A stretch of DNA of 64,000 bases, taken from Ophelia neglecta. Its lineage: Eukaryota. Below the pieces are notes generated by a model. That model ran no database searches, was not told where the DNA came from, and saw only the letters and a program-made list of their open reading frames with translations. Shown in pieces: positions 12,085 through 25,097 of the stretch. A program made the position numbers and the translations under genes. Location: assembly GCA_965285935.1 (NCBI GenBank), contig OZ260662.1, positions 107,818,001 through 107,882,000 on the forward strand, read 5' to 3'. Position 1 is the stretch's first letter, and every line of letters begins with the position of its first letter.

Positions 12085-14493
12085 CAGCGACCCTGCAAAG
12101 AAGCGGTAGCTGATATACGCCTCACTTGGGTCCATCTGTATGTTTGTTCGGAATCCTCTCCGGCACTATCCTGGTCGCAATTCTGAAGCGATTGCCTTCA
12201 AACTTTCAGGGATCGTGTATGCTCCTTATCTCCCACCTCAGTTCGTAGATGGTGATATTCGGCCTGGGGGGTCGGAAGTTATCGCCGAAAAGATCGTAAA
12301 TCGGCCCGCAAACGCGTGAGCGGCGGTCGTGGGGTCGCCAAATCGCGAAGGTGCGTCGCACAGCCGAATCGCCGGTACCGAACTGTCAGATTTTAAAAAG
12401 TTACAAACTCGGGTAATTCATCCGTAATTTCGTCCGTTTGGTGCTCAGAAGCTTAGTTTTCGAGATACAGGCCAAATCTCGTTTCAAGTCTCGTGTCCCA
12501 TATCTCGCTTAATAATGGAGCTAGAGACTTTTTTTAAATTGTTTCTTTGGGCTCTGCTTTCGAATGCTCATAAAAAATTCGATGCATGCGCAAAGTGCGG
12601 AGATTGATATTTCGACTTTTTGCAACTTTTCCAAAAAACATTTTTTTTTCGAAACACGCCAAAACAAAAACCCCTTCTTTTAGAGTGGGTCACACTGATT
12701 CTAAAACCGTAACGACCTTGAAAATCGGTCGATTATTTCGAGGTCAAATCGGACATTGAAAATTTCGCCGTTTTGGCGAAATCAGTCGGCACAATTACAG
12801 GTCGTAATTTTTGCCCGAACACCTCCAATTTTCAGATAGTGTGTGAGGTCGGGCTCTTCATAGGTGTGTAGTTTTTTGTGATTGTGCCTACCGGAAGTCG
12901 CGAGTTATCGACGAAAAAGCGTTTTCGAGGGTCTGGAAGGCGCCAAATTGCGATGAGGCGTCGCACAGCAAAATCGCCGGCGATATTTTGTCAGGCTTAA
13001 AAAAGTTAAAAACACATTAGCGTTGTGGCAAAATAACGTCCGTTTTGCGCTCAGAAGCTTAGTTTTCGAGATATGGTCCAAATCTCGTTTCAAATCTCGT
13101 GGCCCATATCTCGCTTAATAATAGAGCAAGAGAATTTTTTTTAAACTGATTCTTTCGGGCTCTGCTTTTGAATGCTTATCAAAAATTTGATGCGCATGCG
13201 CAAAGTGCGGAGATTGATATTTCAACTTTTTGCTACTTTTTCCTAAAAACTTCTTTTTCGAATCTCGCCAAAACAAAAATGGCTTCTTTTAGAGTAGCTT
13301 ATACTGATTCCAAAAGCGTTACGACCTTGAAAATCGGTCGATTATTTCGAGGTCAAATCGGCCACTGAAAATCGGCGAAATTGGCCCTTTTGCATGGAAT
13401 CACAGCTTTTAAACCATAATTCATAACTCTTGATCCATTGGACCTACAAACACAAGACTGGCACTAAAAGGTAGCCAGTGACAACGCGCAAGTTCCAATC
13501 GCTGTATGTTATATGGTTTAAGCTTACTTTTCGAGATGTCGCCGTAAACCCGGTTCAAGTCTCGTTTTGCTCTTATTGCGACCGACGCATGAACTACTTG
13601 CGCCAATCGCTGTATGTTATATGGTTTAAGCTTACTTTTCGAGATGTCGCCGTAAACCCGGTTCAAGTCTCGTTTTGCTCTTATTGCGACCGACGCATGA
13701 ACTACTTGCGCCATTTTGTAGAGAAAGACAAGCTCTAATTTTTGCATCCGTTTTGGCTGCGATTGGTTTTTATTTTCATGCCAATACGCGTGCGCAACGA
13801 AAAAACCTTGTTTTTCGGGTGCTTTAGAATGGCCTATGTTCTAGATGCTTTGCTAGCGCCACCTTGCGGTCACACACTCAACTGATGGTCCCGCCCTATA
13901 GCTTTTTTCTTCCTCTAACTGGTTAGGTCATTTATTTATCTCTAAAGGCCCATTTTCTTGTTTTTCCAATTTTTCAAGCCTACCCCCCTTTGTCTATACG
14001 CTTCTGAGACGTTGACAAGAGAATGGCATCTTTTCAGACATCTGTATCTCGCATATTTTTGGAGCTACAGCGTGCAACTTTTGCAAGATGTCTTGTGGTT
14101 ATACAAACATGGCGCCGGAAGAAAAATCACAGATTTTTGATTGGACGCTCCGTTTTCGAGATATACGTCATTTCCTGCTTTGGTCGACGTTAACTGTATC
14201 TCAGGAACTATTTGTCGCTGCGACTTCCGGCAAAAAATAAAATGGTCGCCTAGAAAGCCCTAGTGACATATATCATCATTGACCCGTTGCGCATGCGCCA
14301 TTGCACAAAACTAAGCACAGTTTGAAGTGAGTCATTTTAAAGTTTGCGATTCACGGTTTGGACCATAGTTTAGCCAAAAATGCTCGTAGTATCACCATTC
14401 GAACGTCATTTTGTAGCTTACAGTTTCCTTCTTCGATTGTTTTCGGGAGCTGATACCGTGCGCGTACGCGCTCCCGTCACTCACTTTACCTTG
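12085..14493 (-). mobile_element. Non-autonomous Helentron-associated (HINE-like) element with internal tandem repeats
   Basis: Minus strand starts AAACAAG with subterminal TATCAGCTCCCG. It ends with ACAAACATACAGA, TATCAGCTACCG and an imperfect 3' hairpin (..GGGTCGCTG). Flanked by T-runs with no TSD. Internal about 625-bp related units (12276 vs 12902). Confidence 0.65.
13495..13713. repeat. Perfect 108-bp tandem duplication
   Basis: The unit CCAATCGCTGTATG...GAACTACTTGCG starts at 13495 and again at 13603. Confidence 0.95.
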
Positions 14494-14574
14494 TTTTGAT
14501 ACAGGTTGTATGAAGGGTGAATAATAACGCGTACCCTATGCCTCCTGTGGGACAGTCTACTGAAGAGAAGATGC

Positions 14575-14730
14575 AAACACGGGAGGGGATACCCAGCAGC
14601 TAAAACCATATCATTAATGTATAATAGTCCATTATTGGGTGCGAATCACCAGGAACCAGCAGCCACAGGTTCACACATACAACTATACATCAATTGCCAG
14701 CTCCCAAACAGTAAATAAACTTATAATGCC
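14575..14730 (+). repeat. Dispersed repeat, copy 1 of 3 (also about 34185-34330 and 47625-47720); possibly an old SINE
   Basis: Shared GGAACCAGC(A/T)GCCACAG core; copies 1 and 2 also share CCAGCTCCC(A/G)AACAGTA(A/C)ATAAAC. Confidence 0.6.
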
Positions 14731-16492
14731 TGCGTGCATAAAGCGTATTACCAGTAGCCCGATGAAAGTTCATTAGTTATTAATGACTTTAGTAATCATT
14801 AGAACTATCTATGAAGTTTTTGGTTTTACTTTGCATTTGAAAAGATGGAAAAGAGAAGATCCAAGTAGTTCATAAATTTAGGTTTGCGTTCACAGTGGAC
14901 ATTCTTGTAATATACGACAATCAACGATTGACGATGATTAGCTGGCCTCACACATAATGTCCTGTGCAATACGTTATGCGATTTCAATGAATTCTCCAAT
15001 AACCGAACTTGCACCTAGGGCTTAGACTTGTCATATTTGCACACCATAGCAACGGATTCCTAATAGAATCATATTTTTATTAGAATCTATGCTTTGGACT
15101 TCCCGACCATAAAGATTCATAAATCTAAAAAATAGTGCATTGCACATTTATGGAACAAGGAATTGAGTAACGTGGACCTGCAGCCGACGGTTCTACATGA
15201 TGTCAGAAAGAATAGCTTGATTATACTGGATTAATAAATATGCTTTGTCTGCCTAAATTTCCATTCCTGTTTTATTTATATTTTATATTTTGCGTTTCGT
15301 TGGTTCTAATTTTCGTTCTAATTAGATAAGTGGCATTTAGTGTGAAAACGGCAGTGGAAAGTAGTATATGGCGGAGGAGCGTGATGGAAAGCGGCCATTT
15401 AATGGGGTAGAAACTGACGTCAGAATTTGTTTCGTATTACATATTGTGATGTTTAATGTGTCAGTTGGCCTCAAAGAACTTCCGGGAGCCGATAGAAAGC
15501 CTAGTTAAGACGTAAATGTTTAACGTTTCGCAATTGATGCAGACAGATGCGGGGCTCTCGGTGAGATACACCGAAAGACAAATTCCCTCTCGGCTCCACC
15601 ACCAATACTTATTTCAACATCGATAAGGAAACACACTCGTGCCTTGTGCTATCTATCTTCTTGTCTAACCGCATGCTCTATGGAATAATCAAACATTATT
15701 CGACTATCTATTTATTAACTTTTTAATTATTTAGCAAACACAAACGTTATTACTAAATCGAGAATGTGTTTATAAAAAAATGGCCTTAGCATAATGAAAC
15801 AAACGAAAAAGTAGCACTCTCTTAAATTCCTAAAACTAGTTTTCTACACACACAACATAACCCTACTCGTCTATAAATAATGAACACTCCCTACTTTAAT
15901 GATGTGGCTGTGAACTTGACCAATAAAATATTCTAACAGGAGTGTTAGGGAGGTTAGCAAAATGTGATTTGGGGGGGGGGGGGGGGTCAGCGCTAATACT
16001 TGATAAGTCTGTGCCACCCCTCCGCCTTGATAAGGTATAAATGAAGGTCCCTTAAAGGCCGCGTACCTGTGTTCGGGTATTCCCCAGCAAGGCGTAAATA
16101 GGCATTTGGGATTGCACCTTCAGCGCATTGCATACATACCGGTATCATATTCGGTTTTGGAGAAAATCAAACTTACAGCCTTATTTGTTATCGACGGTGG
16201 TTGACAATTCCTCAAGTCCAGAAGATAGGCAAGCGTCATTACTGTTCGACGAACAAGAATCTTAGCACGGTTTGATATTTGACTAGGCCTAACGTCCAAT
16301 TAGTGCTTGATTATCATAAGGTAAGTTATCTGATTACGGATCATGGTTCATATTTTAGAGCATTGTACTGCAACACTGCGCCTAGCCGAAGTGTCATACA
16401 ATATTGCCGCGTTTTACCTGCCTTATCATGTCACTTATCTATTGGTATATGGATATGAACATACATCGTCCAAACTCTAATGGCTCTAAATA

Positions 16493-16696
16493 CAGTGGCG
16501 GATTCAGGGGGGGGGGGGTGGGGGTGGCAGGGGGCCCGGCCCCCTCTTGTGCCAAAATGTGGGCCTGGACCCGCGCCTATTTCTGGACCCATGCAAGGTT
16601 CTTTCAGAGGTTTTGTAACGGGACAATCTAGACATTTGCTTTGTCAGCCTTGGAAAATTTTGTCCCCCTCTTCCTGAAATCCTGGTTTCGCCCCTG
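16493..16696 (+). mobile_element. MITE (CAGTGGCGGA...TCGCCCCTG family), copy 1
   Basis: Imperfect TIRs; homologous in inverted orientation to 31783-31981. Confidence 0.75.
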
Positions 16697-16841
16697 GAAT
16701 ACTAACACATTTATTCAATAAAAAACGAAAAATTTAATTTAGCATACATGGGGTACCCTGCTGCATAACTAACACAGCTGTGAACGAGTTAAGCATAAAA
16801 AATAACAGGCGTGAGAAATATTAAGGCTTGGCGTAAAAGTA

Positions 16842-16958
16842 CAGTGAAACCTGTCTAATCAGGTCGGGCAAGGGACTGGAAAAAATGACCACATTATGCA
16901 GGTGACCTTAATAGGCAGGTCAGTTAACCCAGGCATAAATGGTGAAAAAGTTTCACTG
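16842..16958. mobile_element. Short Tc1/mariner-like MITE relic
   Basis: TA|CAGTGAAAC...GTTTCACTG terminal inverted repeat. Confidence 0.45.
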
Positions 16959-18733
16959 CCTTACCACAGGGTGCATTTTGAGGCACATAAATTCAATAAT
17001 ATACCAGAAATATCCAGTTTTAAGTACCAAATAATCAATTCTAAGTTAAAACAGAAAGCCGGACAGACTGGTCCCAAATTCAATAAAACCCAATACTGTC
17101 CGTTCCTTTTAGAACCTTCTGGTAAACAAAATACATTTAATCCTTAAAATGAGATAAAAGACCATAGAACTTTACAATTTCGAGGCTGTTACTGCAATTT
17201 TCTGATGTAAGCAGGAGATCTGCACAGGCCTTAGTACAATTTAGGATTACATTACTAAGTAGTAATTAGGTTAAAAAACCCTACTATATTCGGAAATAAT
17301 CATATCCATTAATGGCACTTGTATAATGGAATTTGTAAGGAAACCGCCCAACAAAATACAATGTATTTGTGTAATTCAGTGTATTTAAGTAACATTTGAT
17401 TTGGGTCCGGTCATATAATTGATATTAACTTGTCTTTCCCATAAAGCATACGATAATAAATAAGCGTATAAGCTAGTGAGCAAAATAGCAAACCTTATTT
17501 ATTTCCTTTAAAGAGTTAAAGGCTTAATGTCGGGTTGTTTCCTTCAGGCTGATACAATGGCGTCAAATACATCAAGTCCATCCATCGACTGGCAAGTTGG
17601 AATGTCATCGTCACAGGCCAACGGCTACATGCTAGAAAAACAGCTCCGGTGTGACGTCTATTTTGAGGTTACCGGTGGAAAGAAATCGGTGAAAAAGATG
17701 GGGGCTCATTCATATGTTCTAGTCTCCAGAAGTCCCGTCTTTGAGGCTATGTTTAGCGATAGATAGACTTTAGATGCGGAAAAACCAATAAAGATTTCAG
17801 ACGTCCCGGGGAATGCCTTCTACGAATTCTTGAGGTAACATATTTAACTGAGTTGACACTTTCGTATATTGAGTTACTAAGTAATTCTTTTCCAGTTTAT
17901 CTTCTCCTCATTTAGGGATGAAGACGATTATCGAATTTGAATTTAGCTAGTTTATTATTGGTACCCCTTTACCTTCCCAACCCACTAAGAAGGCACATGG
18001 GAAGAACTTAACAATAACTCTAATTTTGAGTGCATTTTCAATGTCAATTTACTAAAACATGATATTTCTGCTGTTAAGTTAGAAGCTAGCACCTAAAAGT
18101 ACATAATGAGCCTATAAAAGGGCACATTTTGTGCATCTGATCTTTTTCCAATGTTTTCCATAGGAGTATGCTTTAAAGATTAAGACACTGCAAAAAAAAT
18201 CAGCCTTTTAGCAAACATGGCATTAGGGAATCGAATAAGCCACTTACTCAATAATATTTCACTGATATTAATTTCTGCCATACTGTTCGTTTTCTGAGGC
18301 TGAATCAGAACATTTTTTAATATTTCTTTCGGAAGTATTCACTATAGACACATTCTAACTCAAATTGATCCTTTGTGTGTAATTTGTCATTTTGCAAGAG
18401 ACTGTACTCAAGGTAGAAGGTTAAAGGTCATCTAAAGGCCTACTGTAGATTGCCTCTCTAATATGGCCCCACTCTTAGTGAATAGTTGACGCTCTGTTTG
18501 GGTCGTCTTATGATAATGTTTCAATGTCATGATTATGTTATGTCCTATTTGATTTGAGTTGTCCTTAATGTAGGCCTCGCAAATTAATCCGCTGCATTCG
18601 CAGCATGATTATTATGTAAAACTGGGCGGATATTTTCAGTTTTCAATTCTATTTCTTCTATCTTTGAAGGTTATTTTGCATAACCATTTAAAATTATTAT
18701 TTCCTGCTTGAGGCTCATAGTTTACGTCAAGAC

Positions 18734-18977
18734 GGCATACTGGAAAACCTGATACGAGATACGAAGGAAATACGAGATACACAGATACGAAAAATTAAGA
18801 TTGAGTTAGATTATGACAGGGTTAGGGGTAGGGTTAAGCTAGCAACCTAACTAAATCATAACTTACTTAACCCTTCAACCTAACCCTAACCTAGTCCATA
18901 TGGCTACGTTTTAAACACCTCGCATCTCGTATCTGCGTCTCGTATCTGGTATTTCGTATCAGCTTTTCCAGTATGCC
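18734..18977. mobile_element. Mutator-like MITE with telomere-like TTAGGG/CCCTAA core
   Basis: TIRs GGCATACTGGAAAA.CTGATACG; 9-bp TSD CGTCAAGAC at 18725-18733 and 18978-18986. Confidence 0.8.
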
Positions 18978-19885
18978 CGTCAAGACGGACAAGAATCGGT
19001 ATTTGAAGCATTTTTGTCAAATAAATTTTTCATGCAACGAAAGTTATACGTCAAGATTTAATTGGCGTAATAAATATGAATACATATCAAAGCGATACCT
19101 AATATTTCAAAGGAACAGTCGTCGCTTTTTTTTAAAGCATTGATTTAAGAAACAACATATTTAGAAAACAACAAAGGCTTTGGTTTATAACTAGTATTGT
19201 AGTAACCCCTATTGCTTTAGTTCATTGATTAAGTTGATATAAGGGTGAAATGCGCAAACATTATATTCTTTACATGCTTTTTGATCCATAGAATATGAAT
19301 TTAAAAGATAAAGGCAGTGGTGACCAGGAAAATTTATTGCCCCCAATGAGGTCCCTAAATATTATCAAATACTTTAATATAAGTATGCAGGGAAAACTTT
19401 GTTATGCAAATGGTCTGTCAGCATTGGGAATCTCATTCAAATTTTGTGATCACAGTTGGCAACATGGTTGTTCAGGTATAATTCATCTCAAAGAGCACTA
19501 AATGTCATTTTGCTATCCGCGCAATGTTGTCAGATGGTAGAATTTGCGTAATAAAAACGGCTGCCTAAAAGCCCTGGGTAACCTCATGAGAGATCACGTT
19601 TGAACTGTACACAAGCCAGAGTTTCAAAGACGGACAAACAGAACCAAAAATTCAAGAAGTGAAAGTAAACCGTAAAAAAAGATTAGTCGAATCCCGCATT
19701 TATATCCTTATCTTAAATTGTCACCTCTTTTGGGCCACATACCTAGACATGATATTTTCAAATGTATGTTTAAGTTTGTTATAACACAATAGTAGTGGGA
19801 TGAGGTACAATGCAAAGTAAATGATGGCCATAGATCACATTAACATAATCCAATATGGGCGCCTTCGTAAATGTGGATGTTGCTG

Positions 19886-20117
19886 CTTTGAAAGAATATT
19901 TAGTGGTAGTGAAAGCTACAGTTGAAACAAAATATGATAGAAATAATAAACATGTAAATACAATTTGAAAACTGGTTTCTTTTATTTTTTTTCTTGTTTG
20001 CTTTGAAAGAATATTTAGTGGTAGTGAAAGCTACAGTTGAAACAATATATGATAGAAATAATAAACATGTAAATACAATTTGAAAACTGGTTTCTTTTAT
20101 TTTTTTTCTTGTTTGCT
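19886..20117. repeat. About 115-bp tandem duplication in the BTB gene intron
   Basis: GCTTTGAAAGAATATTTAGTGG...TTCTTGTTTG occurs twice. Confidence 0.9.
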
Positions 20118-21763
20118 ACCGCAAAAAAGACGGTCAAAATTAACTACTCACATTAATATGTGTTTACTCTTTTTCTTTGGTAGGTTTGCTTATACCGATA
20201 GCTGTCATATAGGACCAAGCACCGCCTTTCCTTTGATTTACCTTGGGAACAAATACATGATCCCCCAGTTAGTTGAGCAATGTACTCAGTACACAGAGAA
20301 GAGTATCTCCACCAAGAACGCCTGCACCCTCTACCAGAACAGTTTGGTCTATCAGTCAGAAACTCAGGAAAAACGGTGCAGGGAATTCATCGTTTGTAAT
20401 TCAGATTTAGTTCTGAAGAGTGATGACATTGTAAATCTTAGTTACAATGCTCTGAAATCCATCGTCAGTAGCGATGTTCTTATTGGTACCAGTGAAGCCC
20501 AGGTTGACGTAACTTGTATCCGTTGGGCCAAACATCGGTGCAGGACACAGAGCATTCCAGAATCAGATGGAAATATACGAGCTGCGTTGGGAGACATTAT
20601 ATATGAGATCCGTCTTCCAACCATGGACGCCAAAGAGTTGGCGGACACTCTTCGTAACTCTGACATCGTAACAAGTGCCGAAAAGGGGAACATTTACACA
20701 TATATTTTTACAAGACAAATGCAGCAACTTCAACCTTTCCCCTGTAAACTAAGGACCTATGACTATAAACGAATAGCCCTGATTCCCGAAGCACTGCCAG
20801 AATATGAATTTGCCGCTTATCTGCCCCCGGACATAGATTATCATCAAAGCTACGATCGCTGGCGCTTTTGCGATGAACATGTACTACCAGTGGTCAACCA
20901 AAACATAATGGATGCAATTCAATTTGAAACAGATAAAGATGTCAGTCTATGTGGAACTACCGTCCGTAATTTTTCGAATGTGTTGATGAGTGGTATATTG
21001 TGCATAGAAGGCCCCTGTACATCTCTCTCTCAGCCGGTCAGTGTTGGGCCAGGGAACCCCGGGGAGCCTTGCGGATCCCCGGTTTGTGTGATGTTTACTG
21101 CACCATTACTTATTAAGGCAAGGCAAAAATACACAATGAAGATAGATTGGGAATTAAAGAATCATGAAGCACGTAGATGGCACCATGGTTTTAAGCAAAG
21201 TAGAAATGGGAGACATGTAGCAAACGTAGACGGTTTTACCTTTACATTTACAAATGTCCAGATGAATTCCAACAACACCAACATAAATTGCGGTCAGTTT
21301 GATCAATTATTGTTTCTCGTGTAATTGCTCATTTAAAATCAGATATGATAAATACACACAAAGATAAACAAATAGCTGCATATGACAAAGATAGACGCTT
21401 ATATTGTTTTTCATTAATACATCCATTTAAAAATGCCTCAAATTTGGCGAATTTCGTGCCCAAGTTTCAGAATGATAACCCAACTGCGCATGTTATATTC
21501 TTTTGAAAGTGTTGTACAATACAAGCTGGAATACAATTGTTTTACTTTGATTTATATGTGTAACGGGCTGATGGCTGAATAAAATGCATATATACATATA
21601 TAAGTCCTCTGCCTGTGTGACACCTAGGACCTCCTCAATCTTTTATGTTTTTTAACGTTGAAGCGTTTGACATTAGGAAGAGGAAGATCCCCCACTTTGA
21701 TATCGTGTATAAATATATTTATTTGCGTTTTCCGCAGGGATTGGGAAATTACCAAAACTAATA

Positions 21764-22137
21764 NNNNNNNNNNNNNNNNNNNNNNNNNNNNNNNNNNNNN
21801 NNNNNNNNNNNNNNNNNNNNNNNNNNNNNNNNNNNNNNNNNNNNNNNNNNNNNNNNNNNNNNNNNNNNNNNNNNNNNNNNNNNNNNNNNNNNNNNNNNNN
21901 NNNNNNNNNNNNNNNNNNNNNNNNNNNNNNNNNNNNNNNNNNNNNNNNNNNNNNNNNNNNNNNNNNNNNNNNNNNNNNNNNNNNNNNNNNNNNNNNNNNN
22001 NNNNNNNNNNNNNNNNNNNNNNNNNNNNNNNNNNNNNNNNNNNNNNNNNNNNNNNNNNNNNNNNNNNNNNNNNNNNNNNNNNNNNNNNNNNNNNNNNNNN
22101 NNNNNNNNNNNNNNNNNNNNNNNNNNNNNNNNNNNNN
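21764..22137. other. Assembly gap
   Basis: Run of N. Confidence 0.99.
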
Positions 22138-22399
22138 ATGTTTGAGGTTCAGTTTCAGGTATGTTTGACCAGCGGTATCTGCATAGAAAGATGTACGCAA
22201 TATGATTAATTGCACGAAATGGCATCATTAGTCGGAACTGTACTCAAATCACCGCTAACCAGCAATATTCATGGTGTGGCACTTTTCAATTATCTGATTA
22301 TTATAAATGAACCTATGCTCAGTTTCCTTAGTATTTTACTTTCTGTAAAACTTTCCTTTTGTTTATATTAATCAATATTCCCCATATTGTACACCATAC

Positions 22400-23800
22400 T
22401 TCAAGGTATTTTAACGTTTTTTGCAGACTCTTAGCTGATTCTGACAACAGAACAATATTATCTGCTTAAAATGATATAGAGAGTATGTATGAACACCTAC
22501 ATTTAAAGCATTGATTTCGCGAACAAGGACATTTAAATATAAAATAAACAATGTTGGAGAGAGTACATATCCCTGTCGAACTCCAGATGAAATCATAAAC
22601 CAGTTTGTTACATGATTATTGATTTTAATTCAAAATATAGAGAATTTTGATACATAGCCTTGACAGCATTGTAAAGTTTACAATCAATGTTATTAATTTC
22701 CTTCTAACGAATCACGATCTACCAAGTCAAATGCCTCTGCATATCAACAAAACAGGCATAAATAGACTTAAATTCTGAAAGTTAACGTCTTATCAATAAT
22801 GAACATACATAGCCAAGATCTAAACAAGATCAACCATTCTTAAGAAAATTCACCAATCTACGATTTATAATAGAAGCGTTTACATTTCCTACACAGGATA
22901 GGAGACTAATACCTCGGTAGTTTATGGTACACGGAGATTTGGCTGCGATCTGTCGTATTGGTGTTATAGTTGATTTAAGCCAAGTGGAAGGTACAATAGC
23001 GTTAATAAATATACATTAAAATAGAGACACACCAGGAGTTTTTAAAGCCTTATATGGAACAAATGCACAAATTCTCATATAGGAGATCCATCCGAGGTTG
23101 GTTAGTTATTTAGTTTTCACTGCAATCTATCATTTCAATCATTGCAAGACTTTATAAAATCAGCTGGGATGTCATTGAGGAAGTATTTTTTCTGAATAGC
23201 GCCACTGATGCCCTGACTGTTGTCCGAAGGAGCAACAAGGAATGTCTCACTAGTCATAGCTGAAGACGTGGAGTATTGGATTAAAACCAGCATGGAATTA
23301 TCAGGGGCCTTATACCTCATAGAAATCAATGGGAACAAATGATACATATTCAAGAGGGTTAAAACAGGGTACACTTGTAGATCTAAAGGAATAAATATAT
23401 AGTCTACAAGAGATTTACCTTTTGTTTTGATACAGGTTTTTGGATAGCATGGTTTTAAAGTTAAATTCGATGAGACCATCATTGTGGCATTTAGACTCTA
23501 TAAAGACTTTGCCAAATTTCTTGTAGTCCTGCAGCTTGGATTTGCCTCTGAGCTCACTAGATTTTTGTTTTACCCTGTCCACAAGTGAGGAAAATTGTTC
23601 AGCATTGTCCATTTTTACAGTTCACAAGTAGAACTGGGAACTTATACAAAACGTTGATGAAAGGTCAGCATATAACACACAGGCCAGAAACCACTCATGC
23701 ATTTACAAATACACGAATTACCATCCTAAGAGCGTACAGTGGGGTTATCCAAAGCCGGGTACTGGCCTCCAATGCATCAGTAAATCAGAGAAATGAAGAT
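22400..23800 (-). mobile_element. Degraded LINE (RT/EN remnants)
   Basis: GVRQGYVLSPTLF motif, YRGISLL-like and VDYI motifs, many stops. Confidence 0.7.
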
Positions 23801-24881
23801 ACATGAAGTCAATTTTTTCTAATATGGAGTGCCTACTATAATCTTAATTAATTTAATTGCGTAAAAAAATAATTCATTCAATCAATCAATTCGCAAAAGA
23901 AATGTGTCTGAAGATAGATATTCTGCGGTAAAATAGACATGAACGCCAGAAAATTTACTTTCATTTTAATTTTTCTTTCTCGGCTGTTTTTGAGGTCTTT
24001 TTGCCCATGCACTTCTTTTTCCCATGCGTTTCTATTTGCATATGTTCTAACAAAATTTACAAATATAAATTACAGAACTAGTATTTTCGTGTAAGAAACT
24101 CATTTAGCAATTTATTTTTCTATCAACAAAGAGAGATATGGTATACTGATATTGCTGCCACGCCAATCGGATATACTTAAATGACATTGCACGGTCCACC
24201 TGTGGTATTGCTAATAACGGGTTGTTTCTAGTACTATTGTATCAGTCAGATATACATAATAAATATCGCATCGCCCTTCCGTACAGTATGGTATATTACA
24301 ATATTCACTAAGGTAAACACATGAGGAGAGTTTGTACACTACGCGATGTGGGCGCATAGCGGCGAACGGCGAAAAATGTAAAAAAAAAACGTTTGTTTGG
24401 ATATTAGATATTTACCTGAGTAGTAAATAATTGAGAAGTAGGAAAAATACAACCTTTTTTTTTGTTATTCAAGCTAGAAGTTAGTGCCTCCTTTGAGGAA
24501 GCTAATGTTACCCCTACCAGCATGGTAGTAGTACAAGTACAAATACAGATTAGAACTTTTGTTAAAGTTCAACCAATTAAAATTAAACGATCGTGAACCA
24601 CGCATAATATCCTATGCAGATACTGCTTACCATGTTCATTTCTAAATTATTCCCTTCTGTGACACCCCTGGCAAACAAATGATAAGTTTATCCCTTACTT
24701 CCTTCCCGAAAACTTCCCCTCCTTCCCTCCCTCCCTCCCTCCCTCCAGTCCGTCTATGCAATTAATAGGTACCGTGACTTGCTTTAAGAAAGGTTGGTGT
24801 ACACGCACGTCCAGTATTGCCCAAAATCAAAACTTTTATAGAGTTTAGGTGGTATTATTATAGAAATTACTGTAGACGTAA

Positions 24882-25097
24882 CCGCCAAAGCATGGCCGAG
24901 TAGTTAGGGCGTCCGCCTCGCAAGTGGTAGATCGGGGTTCAAATCACACGATCGCGTCAAACACAAGACGTAAAAATAAGTACTGATAACTCCCCTGCCA
25001 GGTGCCCGGCATTTCCAGGCTAGTATCAGGGCTGACCTACCCGGGGTCAGTACAATGTTATAGGGTGATAAAACCCCAAATATCCAACCAACCAACC
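24882..25097 (+). mobile_element. tRNA-derived SINE (MetaSINE/MESC-like core), internally deleted
   Basis: A-box TGGCCGAGTAGTT, B-box GGTTCAAATC, core CCGGGGTCAGTACAATGT, (CCAA)n tail, TSD GTAGA(C/T)GTAA. Homologous to 30545-31087. Confidence 0.8.

Larger units (their letters stand above)
10606..14577 (-). pseudogene. Cytochrome P450 (CYP2 clan-like) pseudogene; exons about 14577-14496 + 12084-11982 (split by a TE), 11745-10934, 10737-10606
   Basis: NDYSSIHDALVRQAVLFADRP; LRELGFGK..LEERI; I-helix [14 protein letters not shown]; K-helix ETLR; NIWAVHHDPDVWSDPEKF and a PERF-like motif; canonical GT-AG sites. Stops at 11228-11230 and 11099-11101, a frameshift near 10668, and no heme-binding exon found. 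The 14496-14577 remnant is only weakly supported. Confidence 0.9.
17557..21324 (+). pseudogene. BTB/POZ-BACK-PHR domain gene (BTBD1/2/3/6-like); exons 17557-17834 and 20184-21324; one in-frame TAG at 17764-17766
   Basis: BTB motifs CDVYF, AHSYVLVSRSPVFEAMF, ISDV..AFYEFLR|FAYTD, KYMIPQL. BACK motifs NAC and RWA..IRLPTM. PHR motifs DAIQF and NTNINCGQFDQLLF. Phase-2 intron AG|GTAAC..TTGGTAG|G. Confidence 0.88.

Noticed and set aside
13421-13747. ORF with a 36-aa repeat
   Set aside because: Simply reflects the 108-bp DNA duplication within a non-coding element.
21658-22228. ORFs spanning N runs (also 29382-29741)
   Set aside because: Artefacts of assembly gaps.
24882-24960. tRNA gene
   Set aside because: No proper acceptor stem; it continues into a SINE body with tail and TSD.
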